DNA of 55,249 bases, from NCBI GenBank assembly GCA_004431415.1, contig QPMI01000678.1, positions 1-55,249 of the forward strand. The letters are read 5' to 3'. Each line of letters begins with the position of its first letter. Positions within the stretch are counted from its first letter, which is position 1. Below are positions 10,779 to 23,703 of this stretch, one piece after another. The position numbers were made by a program, and so were the translations under genes. The notes beneath the pieces are model-generated. The model worked only from the letters and a program-made list of their open reading frames with translations, searched no databases and was not told the origin of the DNA. Origin of the DNA: Cyanophora paradoxa CCMP329 (taxonomy: Eukaryota; Plantae; Glaucophyta).

Positions 10779-11989
10779 ACCACACCCCACCCCAGTCGCC
10801 AATTCTTCACCCCGCCTTTAATACGCTGGTTGGCTCATACGAGAAGTAAATACGAGAAGTAAATACACGGAGACTCCATCACTACGCCCACTGACGACCT
10901 CACTCTCAACCTATCACCTACGGCCGCTCGCCGGGCCCTCGCGCCCGCCGCCGACCCGCCGTCGCCTGCGCGACTTGCGCCTCCACACGTCCCTCGCTAC
11001 CGCCGACACGCTCGCCTCCCGCCGCCACCGCTGCTCTTGCTCCCCCTGCCCTCTCTCGCCCGTTGCCCGAGTCGCCTTCCCCCACGGCCCCACCCTCCAC
11101 CCACTCTGCCCCTGCCATTCTGCTGATCTCCCGCTACCCCAGGGAGGGGACGGTGGTGCGGGCTGCCAGGTGGAAGGTCGTCAGTCGGCCGCTGAACCCA
11201 CCGGCGCCTGCCCCGGCCACGCGCCAGGCCGGGGCGGTCGGACCGCCGCGGAGGGGGCTCGTCATTGCCCGCGGCGGGGGGGAGGCGGTCGGCGGGCGGC
11301 TGGAAGCCCGGCGGAACGCGCCACTGGAACCTCCCTCCTCCGACCGCGGCTGCCCGACCCGGTCCTCCCCGTCCTTTCCCGCCGCCCAACGTCGCCCCAT
11401 GCCGTGCCCTCCTCCCTGCCCCCGTCCCCCCTTCCCCCGACCAATCTCCCCCGATGCTCTGAACCCGGCGGCTCCACCAGGCTTGCTCTCGCACGAGCGA
11501 GCCCCTGACCCGACCCGCCGTGCCGACGACACGGCGGGCCGTACTCTAGCGTGTACAGAGTGGCTAGATTATAGTGCGCCTTCTCGGAGGCCCTAGCTTA
11601 CTAGGCATAGCGCTAGCTACAGCTGCAGCTCACTTCGCTGCCGCAGTGCCCACCTCTGATTTCTACTCTCGTCCCTGGGTAGTCATCGATATCCCCTCTC
11701 CCGCGTAGGATCTTTCCTGTGCTGCAGCTCTAGAATTAGCCCCCTGGGTAGCTTTTCCAGTTCAACGGTTATTTCCACATCCGAGCTCCACCCGGTCCGA
11801 TGTCCGAAAGGCTTAGTCCCGTAGGCTCATCTCTCGACTTGACACAGATGGACACCTCAGTTATATCTCTAGCCATTTGTCTCGGTGTGTGCGAATTCAT
11901 TATAATTATGACCACACCCCACCCCAGTCGCCAATTCTTCACCCCGCCTTTAATACGCTGGTTGGCTCATACGAGAAGTAAATACACGG
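10779..11989. mobile_element. About 1.2-kb segment bounded by ~80-bp direct repeats (TRIM/LTR-like, non-coding)
   Basis: ACCACACCCCACCCCAGTCGCCAATTC…GAGAAGTAAATACACGG at 10779-10870 (with an internal 13-bp tandem duplication) and at 11911-11989. No convincing ORF inside. Confidence 0.55.
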
Positions 11990-12090
11990 CTACAACGTGC
12001 GCCCGCGAGTGTCCTCGCTACAGGAGGGGGGTGGGTGGGGGTGGGTTGGGGGGGGGGGGGGGGGGGCGGTCTGCTGAAAAGGGTGGGTGA

Positions 12091-13301
12091 TCAATGTTGC
12101 TGTGGTAGCTTGTTCTTGGGGTAGTATACTTTGACGTCCTGGCGCCAGCCGCTGAGGACGCCCTTCGCCGCGCTGTACAGCAGCGCGTCGTCTGTGCCCA
12201 CGTGCATGTTGAGATGCGCGTTCAGGCCGCGGAGGCCCTGCGCAGGAAGGGTCCAGTTAGGGAGCGCCGCGCGGAGCGAGGGTTTCGTGGAGATGGTAAC
12301 TGACCTCGAGGACGAGCAGGTCCGCCCCGCTGTCCAAGAAGCACCGGATCTCCACGCGCCACGGAGACGAGCAGGCCGCGAGCGCCGCGACCTCCTCCGC
12401 CGCGAGGGGCCTCCTGATGAAGAGATTGAGCCGGTGGTCGGGGACGCGGGAGGCAACTGCGACGAAGTCCGCGAGGGCCGCCGGGTCCGTGCCGCCCGGG
12501 GCTGCGCACGCCGCGCTCAGAAATGGGCGGGGCGAGGGGTACACGATTCGACGGACCGTCGAGGACGAGAGAAAGGTCCTTGAAGGAGCGGGAGGCGCGC
12601 ACGGCGTCGGCGAGGCCGGCGATGAAGGGCGCCGCGCTCCCCGCGGCTCTCCTGAAGCGGATGTCGAGCCAGCCGAGCTTGGGGGCCGCCCCCAACGCCG
12701 CCACGTCCTCCCGAGAGACGTCGTCGTCGATCTGCGACAGCCTCGGCGGAAGCTCAAACCGGCAGGGGCGGCGGGGCTCACTTTGAAGCCCTCCAGGGAT
12801 CGCAGCTCGGGGAGGCGGGCCACGGCGCGGAGGTCCTCCCCGTTGAACTTGTAGCAGGGCCTGCGTAGCGACGTCGCTGAGCTGGACCGGTGTACTCCTG
12901 AGCAAAGCTGCAAGATCCGACAGACGTGACGGCTGGTTGAAGGACATCGGCCTTCTGGCGCACGCGCTCAGCTTGCGGAAGACGGAGACCTGGATGGTCC
13001 CCCGCCACGCCTTGCACACGCTGCCCCGGCAACTCAGCGATTTAGAATGATGCGGTGAGATCGAGGCGCTCAAAAGCGCACGGGCGAAGGGGCCACGCCT
13101 CCTCCAGCGAAAAGAAAGAGAAAATGTGCGCGAGGAGCTCGTCCGAGAGGTCGCCGATGCTCGCTTCGACTCGTTTCGCGACGCTCGACTCGTTCTCCTG
13201 CAGCGAAGTGTCATCGCCCGCAGGCCGGCGCGCGCGAGGCGGGAAGAGCGCGCGAAGCGCGAACTGACCGCGAGACGGCTCCGTTTCGCTGCGGGTTCCA
13301 T
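12091..13301 (-). CDS. F-box domain protein (LRR-like C-terminus), spliced
   Basis: Spliced product MEPAAKRSRLA|ENESS…SIGDLSDELLAHIFSFFSLEEAWPLRP|VCKAWRGTI is an F-box motif. Six GT-AG introns join the frames through to the stop at 12091. Confidence 0.8.
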
Positions 13302-13656
13302 CCCTTTTGTCTGTGATGCTCTGATGCTGATTAGAGTGCTCGCTGCGCCGGAGCTCGGCCGGCCTGCATGCAGCTGATCTTCCCACGGGCGCAGGCGGTT
13401 TGAAAACTGCCGCAGTCAAGCCCAAGCAGATGACGCGCTGTACCCGGTAGGCTAGCCGGCTAGACGGCTCGCCCTTGCTTCGTGTGCACAGGATCATGAG
13501 CTAGCCCAGCAGCCTCACGATCAAGCTCATCTCGCATGCAAGATACACTACCGAAACCGGATGGGAGCCAGGGGCCGGGGAGAGGGGACGGGGCCCAGGG
13601 ACGGCAAGGGAAGGCGGGGGATCTGACGGGAAGGGGGGCCGGGGGACGGGGGCCGC

Positions 13657-16600
13657 TCACTCGTCGACGACGATCTTGTTGGCGACGCTCGAGAAGAGCG
13701 CGTTCGCCTCCTCGAGCCGCTGGCGGGCGGCGGCGGAGGCGGCGGCGCGGGCGGCGGCGGCGTCGGCGGCGATGCCGGCGGCGGCCTTGGCGGCCGGCAT
13801 CTTGAACTTGACGCGGAAGAGGCGCTCGCCGGCGGCCGCCTCCTGCGCCCCGCCGCGCAGCGCCTCGAGCTCCGGCGCCGCCTCCGCGCCGGCCTCGAGC
13901 TCGGGCCTCGGCACGAAGAAGAGGCGCGGGATCTCCGCCGCGCTCGGCGCCGCCAGCTGCAGCCGCACCGCCTCCTCCCCCGCGCGGCGGCGGCGGCGGC
14001 GGCGGCGGCCGCGGCCTCGTTCGCGGCGACGTCGGAGGGGTGCGGGCCGGCGAGGGGCTCCCGGAAGGCGTCGGCGGGGACGCCAAAGGCCGGCCTCTCC
14101 CGCCGCGGCAGGTACACCTCCGAGAGCGTCGGCAGCTCCCGCCGCGCCTCCCACGCCGCCACCCCGATCGGCTCGTCCACGGGGCGCGAGAGCGCCGGCA
14201 GCGGCGCCGCCGCCCGCAGCAGGTGGCACGGGTCGACCTCCGAGTACGGCCGCAGCGGCTGCAGCGCGAACACCGGCGGGTCCAGCTGCGCGGCGCGCGC
14301 CAGCTCGGCGGGGCCCAGAAGCACGGGAGGAGGGAAGGAGGGTAGGGGGGTACCAGGTCGGAGAGTGTGTCGAGGATGGGGGCCTTGAAGAACTCCTCCG
14401 GGGCGGAGATGGGCGGCGGGCCCGTCGCCGCGCCCCGCGGCGCTGCGTGGGGGACAGTGCCCAGTCAGCAACCCCTCAAGCCCCGGGGCGGGGCGGGGCG
14501 GGGGCGGGGCGGACCGAGGATGCCGGCCTCGTCGAGGGCGCCGACGCGGAGCTGGCGCGCCGCCTCCGTCGCCGGGAAGACCGGCAGCGCCGGCGTCTGC
14601 TGCGCCTGCTCCCCCCGCGTCGGCGGGATGCATGGGGGAGGGGGAAAGCACGGGGAGGGGGGCACGGGACCTTGTGGGAGAGGAGCTTGTACTGGAGGGG
14701 CACCTTGACGGGGGCCTTGTCGACGGCGGGGCGCTCGAGGGCCGGCTTGATCTCCACGGGGGCGCGCTTCTCGGCGTCCCCCGAGTCGCGCGGGGGCGGC
14801 CCGAAGGGGTCGTGGTACATGGCCCCGGGGGGGATGGAGAAGGGGAGGCCCGAGCCGGTGGAGGCGCCGCTGGCGAGGGCGGAGAGGAAGTGGGCCGTAT
14901 CCTCGGAGAAGGGGTCCGCCCCGGGGCCGTCCAGCGGCACCAGCCGCAGCAGCGGCCGCGGCCCGTGCCTCGCCGCCGGCGTCGCCCGCCCGCTCGCCGA
15001 GGGGGCCAGGGCGGCGGCGGGGGAGGAGGAGGAGGGGGAGGGGGAGGCGGAGGGGTCGTGGGCGAGCGGGGAGGAGAGGGGGGCGCGGAGGCGGTGGCCG
15101 GCGGCCTCGAGGAAGGCGCGGATGCGGCGGAGGACGCGGTGCAGGCGGCGCGAGAGGATCACGCGGTACGCCGCCTGCCGGAACCGCCCCAGCACCGCCG
15201 CCCGCTTCCGGTTCGTGTCGTTCAGCTTCGGCCCGTCCCACGTCGGCACGTGCCAGCGCGCCCGGTCCCCCGCCGGCCGCTCCACCCGCCCGCCCGCCCC
15301 GCCCGGCACCCGCGTCGAGACGCGCGCCAGCGACGCCGCCAGCGCCTCCCGCGCCTCCCGCTCCGCCGTCTTCCGCCGGCCCTCCAGCACCGCTGCGCGC
15401 CCGGCCCGTGAGCGGCGCCGCGGAGGGCTGGGGCGGCTGGGCGGGCGGGGCGGGGGTGCGGGGGCGGACCCTCGCGGTGCTCCTCGGAGAGCGGGGCGTC
15501 CCCGACGCAGACGAACCAGCGCAGGTCCTTGCTCTTCTCCAGCTCCACCGCCGCCCGGTACGCGCTGCGCCGTCGCGCGTCAGCGGCCCCGCGCCGCCGG
15601 GGCGGGGCGGGCGGGGCGGGGCGGGGCGGGGCGGGCGCGCCTCTCGAAGGCGATCTCGCGCTCCTTGCGGCGGCGGCCGGCGGCCTGCCCGGGGTGGCCG
15701 GCGTCGCGGCCGAGGCGGCGTCCAGCGGGCCCGGGTCGCCCCCGCTGTCCGCGTGCAGCAGCGCCGCCAGCGCCGCCGCCGCCGCGGGGTCCCCCTCCTG
15801 CGCGTGCGCCGCCCGCGAGCCCCGCCTGCCCCGCGACGCGTCCGTGCCCCGCTGCTGCTGCTGCTGCTCCCGCTGCTGCGCCAGCGCCAGCTGCGCCCCC
15901 CGAGTGTCAGAGACGCGGGGCGCAGGCGGCAGCGGCGCGCGCCTTGAGCTGCTTGATGGACATCTTGCCCTTCTGCTGGTTGAGGACGTAGGCGACGGTG
16001 GCGTGGCCCTTGAGCGGCTCGGCCGGCACGAAGACCCCGTCCACGTCCCGCTCCGGCTGCTCCATCGCCGCCTCCAGCGGCGGCGCCCCCGCCGGCGGCA
16101 CCGAGTCCGGGAAGAGGAGGCCGGCGGGGAGGGACGAGAGGGGATCCCCCGCCGCCCCGCCGCCCCCGCCGCGCGGCTTCAGGGAGACGGCGGCCCCGTA
16201 GTCGTCCAGGGTGCCCGGCGCGGCGCCGGCGACGCGCTTGCCCGAGCGCACGAGCGTCGCCGCGAGCTCCCGCGGGTCGCCCCCCGCGGCCAGCTCCTTC
16301 AGCGAGGCCGTCCCCGTCGCCGCGCCCGCCTCCTCGCTCCTCCGCTGCCGCGCCTGCATCGTCTGCGTCAACAGGTGCGTCCTGCGGCGGCGCGTCAGGC
16401 AGAGCTACGGAAAGGAGAGGGGGGAGGGGCGGGGCGGGCGCGCCTGGTGATGCCCGGGGAGGAGGAGCCGGTGACGGTGCAGAGGACGGGCTCGAATCCG
16501 AATTGGGCGACGTTGATGCTCATCTCCATGGACACGGTGGCGAGCACCGAGGGCCGGTAGTCGATGCAGACCTCCACGTGCCCGTTCCCCGGCACGACGC

Positions 16601-17456
16601 CCCGCAGCGGCGAAACCCGGAAGTCCGGGTGCGGCCGCGTGATCGTGATCTCGAACTCGAAGTGCACTGGCACCTTGCACGTCAGCGGAATCACACGCGT
16701 CGTCCTGCGGCGGGGCGGGGCGGGGCGCGCGTCGGCGCGGGGAGCTGGGGAGGGGCGGGCGGGCTCCGGGCGCACGTCTCGGAGATGGGGCAGTCGCCGA
16801 GGTCGACGAAGCGCGGGAAGACGTTCTCGTTCATGACGGGGTACGCGTGGATGGGCACCAGGATGTTCTCGTCCTCGGCGTGCACGCGCACCGAGTCGTA
16901 GTAGTAGCGCCACTCGTCCGGCGTGAACTCCACCTCGATGTCCTCGCCCATGCCCGGCGCCAGGTGGCCCTGCGCGCCGCTCAGACCGCGCCGCACCGGC
17001 CACCGCGCGCGGCGACAGGCCCACCTTCTTGTTCACATTGATCCGGAAGAAGGGCGTGGACGGCGGCAGGATGACGAGCCGACGGCTCGAGCCCGACATG
17101 TTCACGACACGCAGCGTCTGCGTGTGTGTCTGCCCCACCTGGTAGCCCGCGAAGTGCATCATCGCCGGGTTGGCCTCTGCACCCAGCGTGAGAGGCGCGG
17201 CGAGACTCGGTGCGGCTCTCGCACCGATGATGGCCGTCTTGCCCAGCTTGGCGAAGACATCTGCCGCATGTGTTAGCTACTGCCTTTCACGGCAGCTAGG
17301 GTGCGCACTGTTGTCTACGACGGGGTTGGGCCTTTCGACTCTGGGCTCGTCCGCCACCAGGCGTGTAGGGATGCTGAGCGTCGCCCCATCCACAGAGAGC
17401 GTCACTGGCTGGTCCAGGCGCGCCGACATCGGCGCTTGCTGGACCGCGGCCGCCAT
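13657..17456 (-). CDS. CFAP221: Cilia- and flagella-associated protein 221 (PCDP1), central-pair protein, spliced
   Basis: MHFAGYQVGQTHTQTLRVVN…GHLAPGMGEDIEVEFTPDEWRYYYDSVRVH…LVPIHAYPVMN…IPLTCKVPVHFEFEI matches the diagnostic PCDP1 N-terminal segment. 3' exons are less certain. Confidence 0.88.
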
Positions 17457-17757
17457 CTCGCCCTGTCTGCTGCGCTAAGCTATTACTTCGCGCATGGATC
17501 GCTTTGCCTGCTTCAAATCGCCTCCAGCAGCGCAGCTAGTGGCCTAGAAGACTTGTTCCCTTTCAGGCTTGACTGACAGGGGTACGCGTGCAAACAAGTT
17601 CGAGCAAAGACCAAGCAGAACGGCCCGGATTGAGAGCAGCGAACGCGGCCGGCACATATACATTCTCCGCGTTTTGCCGCCCTCGCGGCGACCGCTTTAG
17701 CCTGCAGTTCGAGCGGCGCTGGGCCCATCTTGAGCAGCGGCGGCGCCGTCAGCGAGG
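17457..17757. promoter_or_regulatory. Probable bidirectional promoter between CFAP221 and TTC21B
   Basis: About 300 bp of lower-GC sequence between two divergent ATGs. Inferred from position only. Confidence 0.55.
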
Positions 17758-20700
17758 ATGTCGTCAGACGTGCTCGCACTTGTCAACTTCTACGCAAGAG
17801 AGGGCCTATACCGACATCTGCAGACGGTATGCTCGGAAGTGCTGAAGAAGCGGGCCGGAGAGCCCACGCTCATGTTCTGGCGCGCGTATGGCATGGTTAT
17901 GGAAGGTCTGGCGTCTAGCTGCGCGGCGGGCTCGCGGCTCGCGCGCAGGGTCCGTCTGATGTGCTCTGGCGCAGGGAGCGTGAACGAGGGCATCCGCGAG
18001 TATGAGCAGCTGCTAAACCGGAAGGAGATTGCCCTGGCCGTTTATGCCGGCCTGGCTCACGCCCACCAGAACAGCCGGACCGTTGGTGCGTGGGCCCTCC
18101 CACCTCATGGCCCTGCCGCCCAGCGCCGAAAGGGCCGCCCGCAGACCGCGAGGCGTTGCGGGACATGCAGTCGAGGATGCAGGCCGAGGAGCGGGTCGCA
18201 CCGGAGAAGGCGCTGCTGCAAGCGGCGACGCTCCTCTGGCACACGAAGAGCTTCGACAAGGCCCGCGACTACGCCAACCTGGTGCGTGCCGCGCGCCCCG
18301 CGCACGGCCTTGCGCGCCTGTCGCGGCGCCCCCCACCGACGCGCTGCGCAGGCGCACCAGCAGGCGCAGGGCGCGAGCGCGCAGGCGCTCATCCTGCGCG
18401 GCTGGATCGACCTGACGTGCGGGAAGCAGTCCTACGCGGACCGCGCGATGGAGTACTTCGACAAGGCGCTGGACGCGAGCGCGCCGTCGTCGTCGCCGGT
18501 CGGGGACGCGCCGGCGCCGCGCAAGAAGGAGCTCGAGGCGCTGCTCGGCAAGGCCAAGTGCCTCGAGCTCAAGGGCCAGTACGCCCCGGCGCTGGACGTC
18601 CTCACCCAAGTCGTCGTCTCCTACGGCTGGTTCCAGCCCGCCCTCACCGAGAAGGTCCGGCCCCCGCCGCCCTGCCCCGCGCCGCCCGCGCGGGCCCCGA
18701 GCCTTGGGCGCAGGCGAAGATCCTGCTGGCGATGAACAACTGGGAGGAGGCGCTGGAGACGGCGCAGCGGGTGCTGGCGAACGACGGGCAGAACATCGAG
18801 GCGCTGCGGGTGGCGGTGACCTTCGTGCTCGTCCGCGAGGCGCGCTACAGCGTCGCCGCCGCCCGCGCCGCCGACCTCCTCGACGCCATCGACCGCCTCG
18901 AGCCCAAGAACGCCATCGTGCGCCCCGCGCGGGGGCGTGCGGGCTTGGGGCGGGCGCCGCCTGACGCGGCCGGCAGCTGTACACGACGGTGGCGCGGCCG
19001 CTGGCGCGCATCGCCGGCCGCAACGCCGCCGTCCTGCAGCACACCGAGGCGATGCTCGACCGGGCCCGCAAGATCAGCCCCGACAGGCGAGGCCGCCCCG
19101 GCCCCCGCCCTCCGCCGCCCCGCGCTCCCGCACTGACGCCGGCCCGGGGGACCGCAGCGCGGAGGTCCTCACGGAGTACGCGACGCAGCTGCTGATGACG
19201 GGCAACCTGCAGGAGGCCGCCAAGGTGCGGGCCGCGCGGGCGGCCCCCGGAAAGAGTGGAGTAGCTCAGCGTTTTCGCGCGCGCAGGCGTTCCGGCAGGC
19301 GTCGAAGGTGGACGAGACGTCGACGGGGGCGCTGTACGGGGTCATCAAGTGCCAGATCCTCTCGGGCTCCCTCGAGGACGCCGCCCAGCAGCTCGAGTTC
19401 CTCTCCGAGATCCAGGCCCGCCCGCCCGCCCGCCTCGGCCCCCCGGGCCGGCCCCGCCCCACCCCCCGCCGCCTCGCTGACGGGCCCCGCCGCGCAGCAA
19501 TCGTTCGGGAAGTCGCCGGACATGGCGCTGCTCTCGGCGATGCTGGCGTGGCGCAAGGAGCGGAACGCGGAGCAGGCGGGGCAGCACCTGAAGGAGGCGC
19601 TGCGGATGCACACGCAGTCGGTGAAGGGCGTCCCCATGGGCCACGACTTCTTCGTGCAGTACAACCCGGACTTCATGGTCGAGATCGCCCGCGAGTACCT
19701 CCAGCACAGCGGCTCGGAGCCACTCGAGGCCGGAGAGCAGGCCGGGCCCGCCCTCCGCCTCGCCATCTCCTGCCTAGAGCAGGTCATCCAGAAGGTCCCC
19801 GGCCTGCTGGACGCCCAGCTCACCCTGGCCCGCGCCCGCTACATCGCCAACGACACGGACGGGGCCCAGCGGACGCTCGCCGTCGTGCTGCGGCTGGAGC
19901 CGGCGCTGGCGGACGCGCACCTGCTGCTGGCGCAGATCCTGCTGAACCAGGACAAGTTCAAGCAGGCCGGCCAGGCGCTCGAGCAGGCGCTCGCGCACGA
20001 CTTCGGGGTGCGGGACGTGCCGCCCTACCACCTCATCAAGGCCCGCGTCGCCGAGGCGCAGGGCGACCTCGAGGGCGCCCTCAAGATCCTCGAGGGCGCC
20101 TTCGGCCTCCCCGGCGTCCGCACCGCCGGCCGCGGCGGGCCCGCCTCGGCCTCCTTCAAGCGCGCCGAGAAGGCCGGCGCGGCGGCGGGGAGCGGGGCGG
20201 CGAAGGCGCCGCAGCCGGTGACGCTCCAGGACCGGGCCTCGATCTACCTGGCGCTGGCGCGCGTGCACACGCGGCTCAACCACATCCACGAGGCGACCAA
20301 GGTGATCGGGGACGCCCAGCACGAGTTCAAGGGCACCACGGAGGAGACGCGCGTCACGATCGCCAGCTGCGAGCTCGCGCTGCAGCGGGGCGAGGTCGAG
20401 GCGGCGCTCTCCATGCTCCGCTCCGTCCCCGCCGAGTCCCCGAGCTACGTCAAGGCCCGCACGGTGATGGCGGACGTCTACCTGAAGCACCGGAGCGACC
20501 AGCGGGCGTACAAGGAGTGCTACCGGGAGCTGGCGGAGCGGACGCCCACGCTGCAGAACCTCGTGGCCCTCGCCGAGGCCTACCTGCGCGTGCAGGAGCC
20601 CGAGCGCGCCATCGAGACCTACGAGAGCGCCCTCAAGCGCTTCCCCCAGGAGGCCTCCCTCAAGTCCCGCATCGGCCCGCCCCGCGCCCCGCGCCCCGCG

Positions 20701-23100
20701 CCCCGCCCGCCCCCGCTCCACGGGCCGGCCCTGACGCGCGCGCAGGCAAGTGCCTGATCTCGACGCACGACTACGCGCGGGCCATCCAGTACTACCGCTC
20801 GGCCGTCGACGCCGACCCCTCCAAGGCTCGCCCCCGCCCCCGCCCCCGCCCCCGGCGCCGCCCCGCCGCGCTGAGCGGCGGGGCAGATGGAGCTGCGGTA
20901 CGACCTGGCGGAGCTCTACACGCGGCTGCAGAAGTACGACCTCGCGGAGCAGTGCATCCGCGACGCCATCGACCAGGCGCGCCCGCCCCCGCGCACCGCG
21001 GCGAGCCCCCGCGGAGGCGCCCCGCCTGACGGGCGCCGGGGCGCAGCCGAAGGACGACAGCGACGTGGAGGCGCTGATCCTGGACGTCAAGTGCCACCTG
21101 CTGCTCGCGCAGGTCCACAAGGGCGCCGGCAAGCAGCCGGCCGCAGTCGAGGCCCTCGGCAAGGCCCGCTCCATCCAGAACAGCGTCCTCACGCGCACCG
21201 GCGCCCGCGGGGACAACGAGGCCGGGCGGGCGCAGCGGCAGCAGGCGGCGGCGATCTGCCACACGCTCGCCGTGTACCACGAGGAGGCGCGGGACCTCGA
21301 CAAGGCCGTCGCGTACTACAACGAGGCCCTCAAGCACGACGAGGCGGACGAGAAGACGATGGTGGCGCTCGCGAAGCTGCAGCTGGCGCGGGGCGAGCTG
21401 GACGGGGCGCAGCAGCAGTGCAGCGCGATGCTGCGGATCGACGCGAACCACGAGGAGGCCTCGATGATGCTCTCAGAGGCGATGTTCCGCAAGAACGAGT
21501 TCGACGCCGCCATCTACCACTTCCAGCAGCTGCTGGACCGGAAGCCCTCGAACTACACCGCCCTCTCCAAGCTCCTCCCGCTCCTGCGCCGCGCGGGGCG
21601 CCTGCCCGAGGCCCTCCGCCTCTTCAAGGCCGCCGAGCGCGCCAGCGCCCGCGCCGCCGCCGACGCCGGCTTCCACTACTGCCGCGGCCTCTACTTCCGG
21701 TGCGCCCGCCCCGCCCCCGCCCCTCGAGGCCCTCCCCCTCTCGCTCCCGCCGAGCGCGGGGCGGCGGGGCAGGTACATGAGCAACGTGCACGAGGCGCTG
21801 CGGGAGCTGAACCTGGCGCGCAAGGACGGCGAGTGGGGCGAGCGCGCCCTCACCAACATGATCGAGCTCTACATCGCGCGCCCCGCCCCCCGCCCCGCCC
21901 CGCCCCGCCCCCCGCCGCCTTCCGCGGCCGCTGACGCGGGGCCGGCAGAACCCGGACAACGAGACGCTGTTCGAGGAGGCGGTGGACGGGCCGGCGCCGG
22001 CGGGGAAGGAGGCGTCGGAGAACGTGCGGGCGGTGGAGCGGCTGCTGCAGGAGGCGAGCAAGAAGTACGGGGGCCCCGGGCAGGTGCAGCAGAAGCCGCT
22101 CAAGTACATGGTCCTCGAGTGCTACGCCATGATGGCCACCAAGAACAAGCAGCGGGTTGAGGACGCCCTCAACAAGTGCCGCCCCGCGCAGCCCGCAGGC
22201 CCTGCCCCGCCCCGCGGCGCCCCTGACCCCCCGGGCAGGTACGTCGACATCTTCCAGTACGACAAGGACCACGTCGGGGCCCTCCTCGGTCCGCTGCCCC
22301 AGCCCCGCCCCGCCCCCGCCCCCGCCCCGCGCTCACGCCGCGAGGGCCGGCAGGGATGGCGACGGCGTACATGCAGCTGAAGCAGACGCCCAAGGCGCGG
22401 AACCACCTGAAGCGCATCGCGAAGATGAACTACGGGCCCGAGGACGGCGACGACTTCGAGCGCGCCTGGCTCATGCTCGCCCAGATCTACGTCGACGTGC
22501 GCCCCCGCCCGCCCGCCCCCTCACGGGCGGCCCCTGACGGGGCGGGGCGGGCGCAGGGCGGGAAGATGGACCTGGCGCAGGAGCTCTGCAAGCGGGCGCT
22601 GGCCGCCAACAAGTCCTGCGCCAAGGCCTGGGAGATGCTCGGCACCATCCTCGAAAAGGAGCAGGCCTACAAGTGCCCCCGCATCCCCCCAACCCCTCTC
22701 CCGGCACATCGTTCCCTTTTAACGGCGGCTGACCGCCCGATTCTCCGACAGGGACGCGGCGGACCACTACGAGAACGCGTGGAAGCTCACCAGCGAGCAG
22801 AGCTGCGGTGCGCGCGTGCCCCCACGTGCACCTACGCGCGCACCGCGTACCCCCCGGCGAGCCCTCCCGCGCAGGGATCGGCTTCAAGCTGGCCTTCAAC
22901 TACCTCAAGGCGAAGCGCTTCGTGGAGGCCATCGACATCTGCCACAAGGCGCGGCCCCCGCCGGCACCCCGCCGCGGCGGCCCTCGGCGCCTCGCTGATC
23001 GGGGCTAGGGCGGCGCCTGCAGGTGCTGGCGATCGACCCCGAGTACCCCAAGATCCGGGGGGAGGTCCTCGTCAAGGCCCGCATGGCCCTCCGCGCCTGA
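17758..23100 (+). CDS. TTC21B: Intraflagellar transport protein IFT139 / TTC21B (TPR repeats), 19 introns
   Basis: Motifs [28 protein letters not shown]|QSFGKS, MIELYI|[54 protein letters not shown]|[12 protein letters not shown]. Confidence 0.96.
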
Positions 23101-23703
23101 GCGCCGCGGCGCCGCGCCCCTCGCCGAGCGCCTCCGACCCCGGCCTCCCCGCGCCCCCTCTCTTCCCCGCCCCCTCTTCCCCCTCTTCTTCGACTTGTCC
23201 ACATAGCGCTAGCCGCGTTCGTGATCATGAGCTGTCAGCAAGGCTAGGTCCGGCAGCACATGTACGCGTGTATATGCCATGCATGTCTGCAATGACTGTG
23301 CATGCGAAAGCGAAAGCTTGCAAGGTGAACTCTCACCATTGCCAGCTCAGCTCGAAGGCGGGTCGAAGCGCCATCGAAACGGCACCCCATATCGCGTACC
23401 CATCTCCATGGCGACCCGAATGCCCAATTGAATTTTTCTTCCCTCAGCTTGGAAAGTTTGCCGAGGCTCGAGCTCCCCTTGGGTCCGCGTGCACGCGCTG
23501 CGCACCCTCCCCTCTGACGTCTGTGACCGCGGGCGCAGGGATACGCCGCATCATACGCGGCAGTTCGCCTGGACTCCCCGGGAACACTCGTGTCCAGTCC
23601 TTTCCCCCGCCCCAGCAGCACCCAGCAGCCGAAGATCTAGAGCGCTTTGACAGCAGCACCCAGCGTCTTAGCTTCAGAGATCGAGCAACGCCGACACACC
23701 GCG

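Noticed and set aside
10885-10930. CTGACGA as a hammerhead ribozyme core beside the direct repeat
   Set aside because: No stem II followed by GAAA could be found.
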